DNA from: Hydrolagus affinis
Taxonomy: Eukaryota
Direction of reading: 5' to 3'
NCBI GenBank assembly: GCA_012026655.1
Contig: JAAILG010000135.1
Coordinates: 1-64,000, forward strand
Length of the DNA: 64,000 nucleotides
The notes beneath the pieces were generated by a model. It was not told the origin of the DNA and did not search any database. It saw only the letters and a program-made list of their open reading frames with translations. The position numbers and the translations under genes were made by a program. Shown piece by piece: positions 38,665 through 51,115 of this stretch (the stretch's first letter is position 1; each line of letters begins with the position of its first letter).

Positions 38665-38980
38665 TGTTGAGCACAGCAGTGTCTTACAAATACCTATGAA
38701 GTGATGACCAATTTTGGGGGAGAGGGAATTCTTAGCCAGGATCCTAGGAGAATCTCAATTCTCTTTTCAGTTAGTGCCATGGGATCTTTAACATCTACCT
38801 AAACAGACACACGGGTCCTTGGTTTAATGTGCTATCCTACAGCAACATGTTTAGTAGTGCAGAACTCCCCAGTACTGCATTGGAATATCAACACACAAAT
38901 TATGTAAGTTCAAACTCCCAACAGGGGATGGACATGAACTCACAACCTTCTCACTCAGCAAGGTTGAGAGATAGCATCAG
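38665..38980 (-). mobile_element. Deu-domain SINE
   Basis: tagtgccatgggatctttaacatctacct...ggtttaatgtgctatcc is the reverse of the Deu core, with a tRNA-like head near 38935-38975. Confidence 0.75.
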
Positions 38981-40613
38981 TATAAATTAGAGGTGGGGTG
39001 GTGAAGCTGGAGCTAATGTGAATCACCCTTGTTTTTGCTCTTGAATCCAATTGGAGAAAGGAATTTTCAGAGCAGCTCAATCGACCCAAGTGCGGAGAAT
39101 GTGAATGAACGTGAGCTCTGCTACCCAATGGTCCTCTGATAGTTCTCAGTCTCCCAGCTAGCTCTTTAATCGCCTTAAAAAGCTTAGATCTGAACTGCAA
39201 AATCCAATGTTAGTTATTGTTTAAAGGTCCTGGTGCAATCTAATGAGGAGTGGGCAGAATAAACCGAGATTCTCACTCCACATCATTCTACTGCAGTATA
39301 AAAGCAGCATCAAATATCTCCATGGGGGTCCCTTCCATTTATGACGAATAATCAGTTTCACTGTGGATTAAATTCGTATAGCTTCTTTCCATTTTTCTTT
39401 TCAGACTAACCATATAGTGGCAATAAATCAAACTGCATTGGTTAAGTGGGTCTCTTTCTTTCTGCTTTTACATTAGTCTTTTCTTGTGGTACAGTAAAAG
39501 TTTACTTCTTGTCAAAACAGTGTTAATTTTATTAAATCCAGGCTATCGCTAAATGCACAAGCTATCAACTATCATTAAATGTTTGAATGATTGTGCCAAA
39601 AAGACCTGGAAAAGCTTTGCTTTCATAGCATTTAGCAGAACACGAACAATTGTGCACTGTTAGTTGTCGTCTGCAAATTTAAAATATTATACTAATGTAA
39701 GCAATGTTTTATAGCGTTTTAACCAACCTGTAAATGCTAAGAAATGTTGGAAGTAGCTTGGGTGCCACTATCCTGGCTACCACTTAAGCCTTCTGGAAGT
39801 AATCACATTTTCCTTTGTGTAATGGATGACAATGGTATTATGAAACTGGAGTCATAATAACTCCAGCCCGTCTCTTGCCCTTCTCAGTGTCTCACCTCCA
39901 AAGTGCTTTCCATTTTCTGCATTTAACTTGTTGCCTTTTATTATTCTCTGGTGCTTTACATCAAATTGGTCTGTGTAAATTGTAAGTCTTATCTTATGAA
40001 TGTCCTCTTTTCAAAAAAAAATTAAAGCAGTTTTGGCAGTGTAAGGTACATCTTTGCTGATGTACTTTATTTCTATGTGCTGCACCCATTGTTTCAGTGC
40101 TGCAAGGAATAGGGAACAACAATGATTACCTGGCCTATAACTTCAGATTCTTTGGCTCTAGTATAAGATTTATTGCATTGCTCTATTAGCAGTCCACACA
40201 TTAGGCCTCAGTTGTCTTCATAATACTTAATGGTGATGTGTAAAACTTCTTAAATAAAGAAATAACTGCAGGTTAGTTTCTCCCAAAGGGCCTAGAAAAC
40301 CCAAGCATTAAAATCTAATGAGTCAGAACTATTCCTAAAGCAGCCACATTATCCTGAGGTGCCCTACCTTTCCACAACTGACACAACCTTGTACACTGAA
40401 TTTGAAGCTCAATTTTGATGTGTACTGTTTAATAAGATGAGTCACAGAGCTTCTTTAGTAAATATTGAAGATGTTTTGTTACCAGGATTTGCAATTCCAA
40501 TGAATTTTCCTATTATATTTTAAGTGACTTTGTTAGAAAATCTTAATGTAAAATCCAGTGCTTTTCTCATGCCTGGAACTTCATTGATTACCACTCATTT
40601 TGCTCTTTTCCAG

Positions 40614-40764
40614 TGATCCGAAAAAAACAACTGTTTGGGAAACACTGGAAGAACCTTGTATCCAGGATCCTGGAGAATTTGAGGAACTCTTCTCAAAGGC
40701 GACTATGAAAGAGAAAAAAAAACCCTTGTCAGACACTTACCAAAAGACAACCAAAACTAAAAAG
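40614..40764 (+). CDS. FMN1: Formin-1 FH2 exon (DPKKTTVWETLEEPCIQDPGEFEELFSK...KTKK)
   Basis: ttttccag| ... aag|gttaga, phase 2 to 0. Contains the FH2 lasso Trp and the FEELFS motif. Confidence 0.95.
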
Positions 40765-41089
40765 GTTAGATTTGGGGAACATTTGCAATGCCTAAAAAAA
40801 CTGTTCCTATTGCAGTGACTTTGACAATATGTGCTTATAATGGAAAGGTCCCATTCCAGGTACAGTACTATCATCCAAGTCACTACTGTATATAGCATGT
40901 TGAGAAATTTAATCCCCAGATTATTAAAATGTTTATTTTTGGATGAAATGTTATACCCATGGATATATCTATGTTGGGGAATGAAACGCTAAGACTTCAG
41001 ATGCCGATTGCATGAAACAAACATTCTTGGGTTAGAATAGCATGAATTTGATACAGAAAAAAGCTCCATCTCTTTCACAGGTATAGTCA

Positions 41090-41255
41090 TAATGATAATC
41101 CTTGATATGGTGATTTATCACATTTTTGAGTTGTCTCAAAGTGCTTCACAAAATATACTGTAAAGTGAATTGACTGTATATTTTGTGGGGTGAAACACGG
41201 CAGCCAATTGCACACAGCAGCGTCCCACAAACAGTCGTAGACTGAGTGACCAAAT
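41090..41255 (-). mobile_element. 5'-truncated tRNA-SINE copy
   Basis: Reverse of the shared 3' half: gtctcaaagtgcttcac...cggcagccaattgcacacagcagcgtcccacaaacag. Confidence 0.8.
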
Positions 41256-42629
41256 TATGATTATTTGTTAGTTTAGTAAATATCTAAACCCATTTTTAAA
41301 AAATTATATACCAGCTATTCAACAATAGGACATTATGGATATACCTAGGGACTCTGTACTACTTTAACCTTTCATATATTTAGAAAAGCACTAAATCCAA
41401 TAAGGAAGCAATACTCTTTGCAATGATCTGGCTCAATTCAGAGATAGTTATTCCTCATATCTCTGCCAAGAGAACTGTTAGAGGAAACAGACAGACTTCA
41501 TGGGTATTTCTATCTGGCATTCGGGTTGCAAAATATAATTGTTGTTAAGAATTCAAAATGTCAGACAGAAGTATTTTTGATTGTTGCATTGCTGAAGTAA
41601 GAGAAATGATCAATCTGGGCTGGATTCCTTCCAGCCCCTGGGGAAAGCAGAAAGGTCAAAATTGTCCAAATATCACTAAATTCTCTCCTTGTTTTTCTGA
41701 TATGTGGAACTTTGGCGCTAGGGTCAAATTATTGTTTGTGGCTGAATTTCTGCCTGTTTAAATCATCCACTTTATGTTTCTTTGGGCTGCAAACATTTTC
41801 CGCACAAAAATCTACAGTTAAGGTGGAGGGGAAATCTGTTTACTTTAGATTCAATGCAGCTTTCCGCAGCTGTAGACTTCAGTCTCAATGTAACAGGCTT
41901 GAGAATGTGCAAACATCCATAGAGTTATGAAAGATACTTTTGCTTAAGAAGAGTTTGAAGAACTAGCCTTCCTAATGGGTTGATATATAAACAAGAAAGG
42001 AATAATTGTCTTAATCTTATCTGAAGATGAGTGTCAGAAAGTTGAATTAAGATGGTGGGGAAGGAAGTCTAGCCATCCTTTACAAATCTGGTGGTCTACA
42101 CCAATTGGAAGAAATTTAATTTCCACACAATACAAAATGTTGGTAATTATACTGCTCATTGCAAAATATTCATATTCAGTGCACAGTTGATTCATGTTTC
42201 TAAATTCTTAGCTCCTAGCAATATTAGAAGAAGATCACTGTTTAGGCTGTCTATTTGGGATCTGTTCAACACTTGACTTTTCATACCATTCCATAAGACA
42301 ATGAAGATGAGAAATTCCATAGTATCATCAAGCCCCATAATATGATCAGCAATTATTTGTGTAATATATCTTTTGTATTCTTAAGCAGAGATTGAAGAAA
42401 GTCTGCAATTTAACAGGCTGAATTTAAAACAAAACCTTCACAACAGTTTATTTTATTTGGGTTTACTCTTGAGAAATGATTGGTGTATGATTCAAAAGAA
42501 AAAGATACTATAATGGAAATGGATTCCACGGAGGCTGGTAATTGTTTGAGGGCAGCGCTCATCTCTATTTCTATAGCAGTTTTGAGCTAGAAGTGTCATA
42601 TAACAATTTCTTTAGCAGCACAGCCAATG

Positions 42630-42775
42630 TTTATCTATGGATACGTGCTATTCTCCCACATGACAAGGACTTATTTTGACGGCTTTGAAAGGATAGGAGG
42701 CAGATTGGGTATTAATAGATTCAAACCCAGAATTTTGGCTATGAGCCAAACACTCCACCAGCTGAGCAATTCCAC
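42630..42775 (-). mobile_element. Possible old tRNA/CORE-type SINE
   Basis: Reverse complement ggaattgctcagctggtggag...gggtttgaatc...tgcctcctatcctttcaaagccgtcaaaataagt shows A/B boxes and a CORE-like block. Confidence 0.4.
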
Positions 42776-42814
42776 CGATACCAATGGAAAAATTCTATAA
42801 GATTAATAAACCTA

Positions 42815-43160
42815 CTAATAATCCTTGCTTTTGGTAAAGCACATGCAGGATGTACTGTTAAGTGGGGTGAGTGTGCATTTGTAGGCGAATGCAGCATCCA
42901 ATTTTGCAAGCATGATTATCCCACAAACAACCATGGATTAAATGATTAATTTTGTCTGGGGGATTCTTGACCAAGACACCAGGAGAAACTCACTTCTCTT
43001 TTCAAATAATGCCATGGGATCCTTTAATATCCATCTGAACAGGCATACAGAACATTGGTTTAACTTCGCATCTGAAACATGGCATCAACAACAATACACC
43101 AACCCCCCAGCAGTACATTGGAGTGTCGCCTTAACTATATGAGTTCCAAGTCCTGACTCA
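42815..43160 (-). mobile_element. Deu-domain SINE
   Basis: ttcaaataatgccatgggatcctttaatatccatctgaacaggc...ggtttaacttcgcatctgaaacatggcatc is the reverse of the Deu core. Confidence 0.75.
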
Positions 43161-46100
43161 CATGTTTTATAGACAGCTGTTTTGCATTCTGGTATAGTTA
43201 CCGTGCCTCCACCAACATTCATGCAAACTCACTACAACTCCTGAACATTCTTTGGCAAAATATTTCTGGGTAATTATTTTAACAATCCTTGCATTTGATA
43301 TAGCACCTTATCACATCATCGAGATGTCTCCAAGTGCTTCACATGATTTAAATGATACCTTCCCATGTACGTTTCTAGGCGAAAGCAAATGTTAAACGTA
43401 AACCAAAACAAAAGTACAGAAACATTGGAATTGTGGCAGTTAAATAATAACTAACATCTGGTTTAAGCTGGTTATCCTGCACAGTAAATTTATGCTGAAA
43501 AATAAACGCCTTTCTGGATCATTGCCCACATGTTGGAGTGTTTGCTTTTGACAAAAGGGACTGACCCAGACTGCTGGTGGTGATGGTATGGGGTTGAGGG
43601 GGGAGGTGAAGCTGAGGTTGTGCACAACAAATTGTATATGCCATTTTCAAGTCTGCACAGAAATTTCTGTGGAAATGGGAGCCTTTGGAATAGCACTGTG
43701 TCAAGCCAATGGTAGGAGTCTAAACACCACTTTGTATATGGATCATGATTGCCCAATATCACGAATCAATGCTGTATTTTACGCTTGCCATACAAATCCA
43801 CATATCACATATAATGTATACATAGTATTATATTTGCTTTGCCTTTTGTGTGTGCCTGGCCTCTGCAACACCTGGATGAAATTCTTCTGTGTTGAAATTT
43901 GGGATTCTGTCAATCCAAAAGAAAGAAAAGAAAAGTTGATAAGGCAGGGGCCAGGGCCAAAAACTCTTTCTCACTTCCTTAAATATACTCTCCACATATT
44001 GGGTAAAAAAACAAGAGAATTGAGGTATTCAACCACCTGGATTCAATTCCTTTTTGGAACAAAAATTATTTAGGTTTTGTTCATAAGATGAAACTGTAGC
44101 TAGTACAAAACTATAATCATAACATAAAGCATACAAAAGTTTCACTGGAAGTGAAATAAATTCACTGGAAATTCCAGTACTTTCAGTAAAGCATTCGAGG
44201 TGCAAAACTTTGTACCATATTCTCCCTCCATAGTTGTTGGCCATTATCTACCCATCAAGCATTGGCTCTTGCTAGCCTGTGTTTAATATCCTTCAGAATT
44301 AAGCAGTATGCATATTTCTCTGTGCTCCTCTCCAGGGGAGACAGTGTGCACTCCATTCCAGTCAGAGAAATATCCATGTAGGTGGCCAGGATACTCTTAA
44401 GCATGGTGATAGATCAGACCAAATCTCGGAAATCTTTTGTAAAGTTTTTATTTAACATCATTATGTTCTGTTTTAAACATGATCTCAAAAATAAATCAAA
44501 TAATGCCAATCATGCTGTGGCATATTTAGAGAGCAACTCAATCATCCAAGAATCAAAAATATAGTTTGACTACCATGAGAACTATTCAGTGAGAGATGAG
44601 AAAATAAAATGACAATGTATTTGCATGAGCAGCCCCTTAGTTTAAAAGAGGTGGTAAACTTTGAGGGATACACATCACACAAAAAAATGACAACTTTCAG
44701 ATGTTTGTGAAATGTATCCAGAGATCTGAATATCTGTGCTTAGAATTAAGAATAAACTATTAAATAGCACGTTGAAAATGCCTTAAGTTTCTATGGCTTT
44801 GATTTTCTATTAACTAACGGAGAGAAGGGCAGCTTGTCTTATGTAGGTAGAATGTAATTTGAGTAGAATAACAGCTGCCCTACAAAAATATTGTTCATTG
44901 TCATTTAACATAAAAGGAAATTAGTCAGAGTGTATTTTCCTTTTCTTATTCCACACTACATACTAGGTGTAATATGGCTACAAAAATCTAATCACATAAA
45001 TCTTAAGTCACAAAGATGTTATTTAAGTGAGCACTAAGGAAAGGATCAAAAGACTTAGGGATATAATGGAGACATTTTTAACAGCATGTGGTAAAAGTGT
45101 ATACACATACATTTTAAAGCAGCTAGCGGTATTTAGCAAAATTGTTTTGCAACCCTATGGGAATCTCTAGGTAAAGCTGTTATGGAAAATACTTTTCTTT
45201 CTGGTTGAATCTAAACCAAGCTCAGAAGTGAATTGAAAAAATATACAACTTCATTTATTTAAATGTTTATGAAAATGGGGGATGGTCGAGCAATTTGTTA
45301 AATCAGGCAACGATATTAAATTCTATCAGTCAGTCTGCATGTCCTTTGGCGAAATGATTATCATATCAAAGACATGAGGTGACACTCAAGTTAATAACTT
45401 ATCTGTTGTCTTTGTTTTCCCCTTTGAAACAGCTTAAAGTAATGATTAGCAGATGTTCTTGCTTAAGGTCTAATGTAAATGGTGCTCTTTTGAGAGGAAA
45501 TTTTTAAAGGTTAGATTAGTAATGTAAAATAGAGAGGATGTACATGTCACCGCATTTTCCCTTTGAATCACAGGATGAGATCTTACACTAAAAATGCATA
45601 CTTACAGGAAATTCTGTGAAGAAGCAGAGATGTAATGTTTTTGTCAGTACGGAAGTTAGGTTGAAAGGAAAGCCCATGAGAAGAAAACAATTGATTTATT
45701 AGTCTCCAATGAAAGAAAATAAATATATACATTGTATATCTGGTGAAGAATTATATAAAGCAGCATACCTAAAACAACGAACATACCTTAACTATTTACT
45801 CTTGCAGTTCGACATGTAAACTTACATGTTACATCTAATAGTACAGTAGTCAGAGAGGACAAAAATATCAACATGAACATGCTAACAATTGTTTTACTCA
45901 TAATCTTCACTGGAGTATGTAATGCATAGATGGGAATGAAAATAATGTTTACAATGTTTGTTGGAACATTTGAAATATCTCCATTTACCAATTGTTTACT
46001 CCAGTTTAACATTATTTTAAGTATTTTTATCAATTTCCTAACACACTATCACAGATATTAAACATCTATATCAAATGCAAGGATTATTATTATTATCTAC

Positions 46101-46814
46101 ACACAGTAGAAGATCAATTCACCTTGTACCGTAATTATTATACTTTTGCAAATAACAAAATATTTGGTTTGCTATGAATGCACTCATTTTAAGCATTCCA
46201 TGTGTAAAAGCTTGGCCTCAAACAACTATTCCTAATGGAGATTATAGCAACATATTCAGTTGCCCTAGAATGAGGTCAATTGGAAGGTCATTTAAAGCTG
46301 TACAAATTATGTATAGTCAAACACTGCAATTATTCCTGTTAGAATTTACTCTATTACCAAGTCTGAAAGTTCAATGGGGATATGTGTCACCTTCAGAGAT
46401 TACTGAGTTTATCTTTACTGTTCAGGCAAAATTAAAGTTATCAGTGATGATATCATTAAATCTGGATTAAATCTAGTGCTAAATTCATGTGCACAGAATT
46501 GCGCTTAATTTTGCCCGTATGGTTACATACTTGTATCCAGCATATTTTCCATATAGTTTGGAAATATTGGTGTGATTTCAGTAAACTTTATGTTAATATA
46601 TGGAGGTTGCGAGTATTTCCTTAATAGAGTTCATTGTAAACATGCTTTTAAATGAAATCGTATTGCAACACAATTGGGTGGTTCATGTCATGTAGTCCAG
46701 TTGCATTCTGAATATGGTTTCATTTCAGATTTTCTTTTGTTATTTCAAAGCATTCAGTTGTCATATGCAGTGGATACCATCTCAGTTGCAAAGTGGTCAT
46801 ACTAATTAATTGTG

Positions 46815-47095
46815 TCAGCCTGGCACAGTGGTAGAACTCTCGTTTCTGAGTCAGAAGGATGTGGGTTCAAGCCATGTCAGGATTTCGAATCAGATAATAA
46901 GATGCAGTACAGTGCTTGGGGGAGGTGGGTTGCATTGTCGGAGGTGCTGTCGTTCGGATTAGATATTAAACTGAGGAACCTTCTGCCTGTTCAGGTGTAC
47001 GTTAAAGATTCCATAGCATTATTCAAAAAGAGAAGGAGGTTTCTCCCGATGGCCTGGCCAACAAATCCCCCAAATAAAATTAGTCATTGTTCACA
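46815..47095 (+). mobile_element. Deu-domain SINE (SacSINE1/AmnSINE1-like)
   Basis: tRNA head tggcacagtggtag...gggttcaagcc, followed by gtcggaggtgctgtcgttcggattagatattaaactgagg...caggtgtacgttaaagattccatagcattattcaaaaagag (Deu domain). Confidence 0.85.
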
Positions 47096-47334
47096 TTTTA
47101 ATATTCTCATTCACTTCTCATTTTACGATACTTCACAACTGATTACCTACTATTCATAGAATGTTGAGAAACGAGTAAAGCAATTTAAATATGCTATTTC
47201 CATGCAACAAAAAAAGTTCATTGTCTTTTTTAATCTAGATATACTGCTTGGTCTACTAATATATTCTTCAACAGTTACATTTTTCTTTTGTTGAGTTTTG
47301 TAGTCATTTTCTTTCTGTTTTATTTCAATTACAG

Positions 47335-47422
47335 ATTGTAAAGTTACTGGATGGGAAACGCTCCCAAAATGTAGGAATTCTTATATCAAGTCTGCACTTG
47401 GAAATGAAAGATATCCAACAAG
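47335..47422 (+). CDS. FMN1: Formin-1 FH2 exon ([29 protein letters not shown])
   Basis: attacag| ... g|gtactg, 88 nt, phase 0 to 1. Contains the conserved actin-contacting Ile region with FMN1-type LLDGKRSQ. Confidence 0.96.
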
Positions 47423-48861
47423 GTACTGCCTTGATTCATTCTGTGAATGATGGAGCAAATAATATTGCACACACTATAAATTGTTTCCTTTTCCTCCAAG
47501 AGATTTTTTGATGGATTTTCTTAATGCATTGAGAATTTCTGCTGTATTCAAATTGTTAAAAAGAAAATCGCGTTGAATACTTCTGCAAATATCACCTTTA
47601 TAATTAAATATTGCGCAAACACTGTTAGTCTTGAGGAAGTAGCTTCTGGTTTTAATAGGAAAGGTATTCTGTGAGCTTCCTTTAATTGTGATTCAAAGTC
47701 AAATACAAATCAATTTCTTGATTCCATTGCAGAATTTGTGCATCACACTATTCTTCAAACCGTCAGTTCATTCAATTCAAACCCCAGGTTCTGATGAGCT
47801 TGCAAGCTTTGATCTCTGGCCTCAAATTCTGTGACTGCCTTGTTACTTGGGATGAACTTGTTGATCTAAGTGTACAGGGTTCAGATTTATTCATGCTATG
47901 TTTGTGCTGTGTGGCACAGTAGCAGTGTCGCGATGTGGAAGCAAGACATTGGATTTTGTAATGCCCACTCTACATCGCATCATTTAAAAAAATGATTTTA
48001 CTTTTTTTTAAAATCCAACTGATTTTGTTCTTATCCTGACAATGCACTGGCACCTTAAGGTTGTGTGTGCTTTTGTCAATATTATTAAAGAGCTAGTTGA
48101 GGTTAAATTTAAAAAAATTGCATTAAAATGCATGGTTTGCATTTTAAAAAAACATGCTCAACGTGCAAAATTGCTTGTGGCTGTGATGGGAGGGTATTCT
48201 GAGGGGTGATATAAGATGAGTCGAACAGGCTTTTTTTCATCCTAACCAATCTTGTGATCTTGAGATTCTGTATTTTTTAAAAATATGCCTTATTTACATT
48301 TCATTACCCATTTCACCTGGTTTATAATGAGCGGCAGGTGTTCTGTCTACTTCAGGTTTGAAAAGTATAACTTATGTTTTGGGAACTAAACTTTCTGGAC
48401 CAGAATATTTATACAGATGGATCCAATGATACAGATCTTTTCCTAGTAGCTTCCTGAAATATTTCTTTTATTTCAACAGCACAGAAGTTGTTTTTAATGA
48501 TATTCTTACCTGTCTTGACACAATACAAGATTTGAATAGAAAATCAAAAACAATCATGGCACATTTTGGCCTGGGAGTTGCTCGTATGCAGGCTGAGAGC
48601 AGATTGGGAAATGGAGGGAGAATGCCCAGTTTTTAGCAAAACTGAAAGATTTTCAAAAAGGAAGCTGTGTTCGTATTGGGCAATAGTTATCATTACACAA
48701 TGGCAGGAAGCAAAACAAATACACGTTAAAAAAATCAATACTTGGGTTCTTATCCCTGACTTGGTAGTAAATGTTTTATGGTTTTGTCTGCAGTAAATGT
48801 TTTATGGTACTGTACTTAGATACTTCAACACTTATTTTATCCTGAACCAGCTTTCTGTGTT

Positions 48862-49142
48862 CTACTTCAAAACCCTCCTCTTCGACTACGGCTTCGGCAA
48901 CCTCCTAGCCTCCCTGATCCCGACCCCAGCTCAGGTCCAAATCCCTGACTGTCCAGCACTTTAGGACATCCACCGACATGAAAGGAGTTATACAAATGTA
49001 ATTTTGTATTTGTTGTATTTGTACCTATGCTGATCCCCAAAAATATACAGTCACTACGTGTTACAGTATATTCCCTGAAGTGCTTTGAGATGTCTGTAAG
49101 ACGTGACAAAGCACTGTATTAAATGCTAGGATTATTATTATT
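48862..49142 (+). mobile_element. L2 3' end immediately followed by a SINE 3' fragment
   Basis: 48862-49020 matches the reverse complement of 29856-30040. 49030-49142 matches the SINE tail. Confidence 0.75.
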
Positions 49143-51053
49143 TGTCTCAATGTGTCTATGCTGGGTTTTTGAATGATGATTCATTCAGTTCCAGTAACTT
49201 ATATTTTCCCCATACAACTACTCTACACAGTATACTGTATATTATACATTATTATTAGGGTGACAGCTGCGGAAGGTGGAGGGGAGAGTTAGCAGATTTG
49301 TACCCAGGACATTGTGTTTATGCCATGTTCAGTGATTATGAATTGTGTACAGTCAATATAACAGAGTACAGTTTAAAACCTGCTTTGCATTAACTATGAT
49401 TACCAGCAAGGAACCACCCTGTTGGACAAGTTTTGCTGACCCAGAGCTGTTGCAAATCCAGAGTTTTACTAAATATTTTCTTTGTTCTGAATAACATACA
49501 ACATGTGGTATTTTTTTATCTGCCTCGAAGTTCAAAGGGTTTATGCTGATCAACCTAAGTCACAAGGCGTGCCAGAATTGTATTCCTCAAGACTTGATGC
49601 ACATGACAGTTCTGCTGGTTTCTCAATCGTTTGTCAAGCCCATTACAGATCTCTGCATCCTAAATCACACTGTTATTGTGGTAGGAAAGTCAGTCTGATC
49701 AGCTAGGGTGGACCCTCCAGAGGGTGTTCTGTGGATGGCCTAACTGTCTCTTAAAGACTCACACAGCAGATAGGTCAAATGGTTACACGAAGAGGGATTT
49801 TGTCACTGTGCTCATGTTCCTTTGGTTGGCTGCTGCCTTGGTGACAATCTCTTCTGAACTTTTCAAATTAGAATGCAATTTTTTTTTCTTCTTCTCCATT
49901 TCCACATTAAATACATTCCCTTAACAAGACTGTTGGCTTGAAAGTTTGAATAGACCCGAAAGTCTGAGAGTAGCCAATTTTTATGCAGCTAAATAGGTTT
50001 TCCAAGTAAGCCTCTCTGTCAATATAGAAAGATTTGGCAAAGGAAATTAAAATAAGATTTCCCCTGACTGAAAAAAAATAACAAAAGAATGGCTGCTTTG
50101 CTGTGGCAACTTCTGGAAAATGCAAAACAGTTAAAATTGCTTGTTCTTTGGATACAGCAGAATGACATATAAGCTTTTATAGATGTGCTAGGCTAAATGT
50201 CTTTCCAAAATAATTAGGTTTGTCTTCAGGCTCAGGATAGCATAAGTTCACACAATCGGTAAATTAATACAACCAAACCAAGAACATGTGGATTCCAAAT
50301 ACACCATTCGTTTTATGTGTCACAGTACATGAATTTAGTTAGAAAGTGTTTTAATGTGTGTGCCTGCTAGTTTGTTAAGTGCACAATGCTGATCTGTTTT
50401 TTGTCGTCAGTGACGGTTATTATAACCTAATGGGTGCAATGCTACACTAATGATCTTTCTGTATATAAATTCTTGTTTTTGTGAGCGGACACCATAGTGC
50501 CACAGGAAAATGTTTGCCTTAATTTACCTCAGAATAGATTTCAAAAGCCAGACTTGGCTGAGCAACAGTTTTTTCTAGTTACAAGAATCCAATAAAATTA
50601 CCAGCTTTTCACAGCATGTGTCTGCTTCCTTTCTGTTTATCTCAAACTTTCAATAAAGTGGAAAATTTGAGCTGACAATATATATGTTTGGATGGCTAAT
50701 AAGGATTTGTAACCCTTTAGAAGGCTTGACAGCTTGATAATGCAATTGAACAACACTGTGGGTATAACTTGTTAGTATGTATGTTGCAAATCTTTTATGT
50801 ATACCAATGTTCAGTGGTAGAGTGAAGTTAGTTTGTATCTCTTTTGTATTGTGTTGTTTATATTGAAAGTTTCCACCATGATGTTTCTTTCTGTGAAATG
50901 TGTGAACTGGTTCAGAAACTGTTAAGTATATTTGATTGGTTATTTGAACTTTGCAAAACAGTGCAATTGCCACTTTATACTAATGTAGTCTGACAGAACA
51001 CTGACCACTACTAATAAAAGTAAGTTAACATGTTGTGTAATGTATAATTTCAG

Positions 51054-51115
51054 CTATTTTAAATCTGGATAATTCGGTGGTGGATTTGGAGACTCTTCAA
51101 GCCTTGTATGAGAAT
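51054..51115 (+). CDS. FMN1: Formin-1 FH2 exon (AILNLDNSVVDLETLQALYEN)
   Basis: tttcag| ... aat|gtaagt, 62 nt, phase 1 to 0. Confidence 0.95.

Noticed and set aside
39180-39300. Second LF-SINE-like fragment (also ~26540-26620)
   Set aside because: Only vague similarity to the recalled consensus, which cannot be supported without an HMM search.
43588-44073. 161-aa ORF
   Set aside because: No recognisable domain, composition typical of translated intron, and no splice context.
17168-48808. Short local direct duplications (21-bp period at ~17168, 26-bp period at ~48766, short repeats at ~44140)
   Set aside because: These are ordinary slippage duplications with no sign of function.
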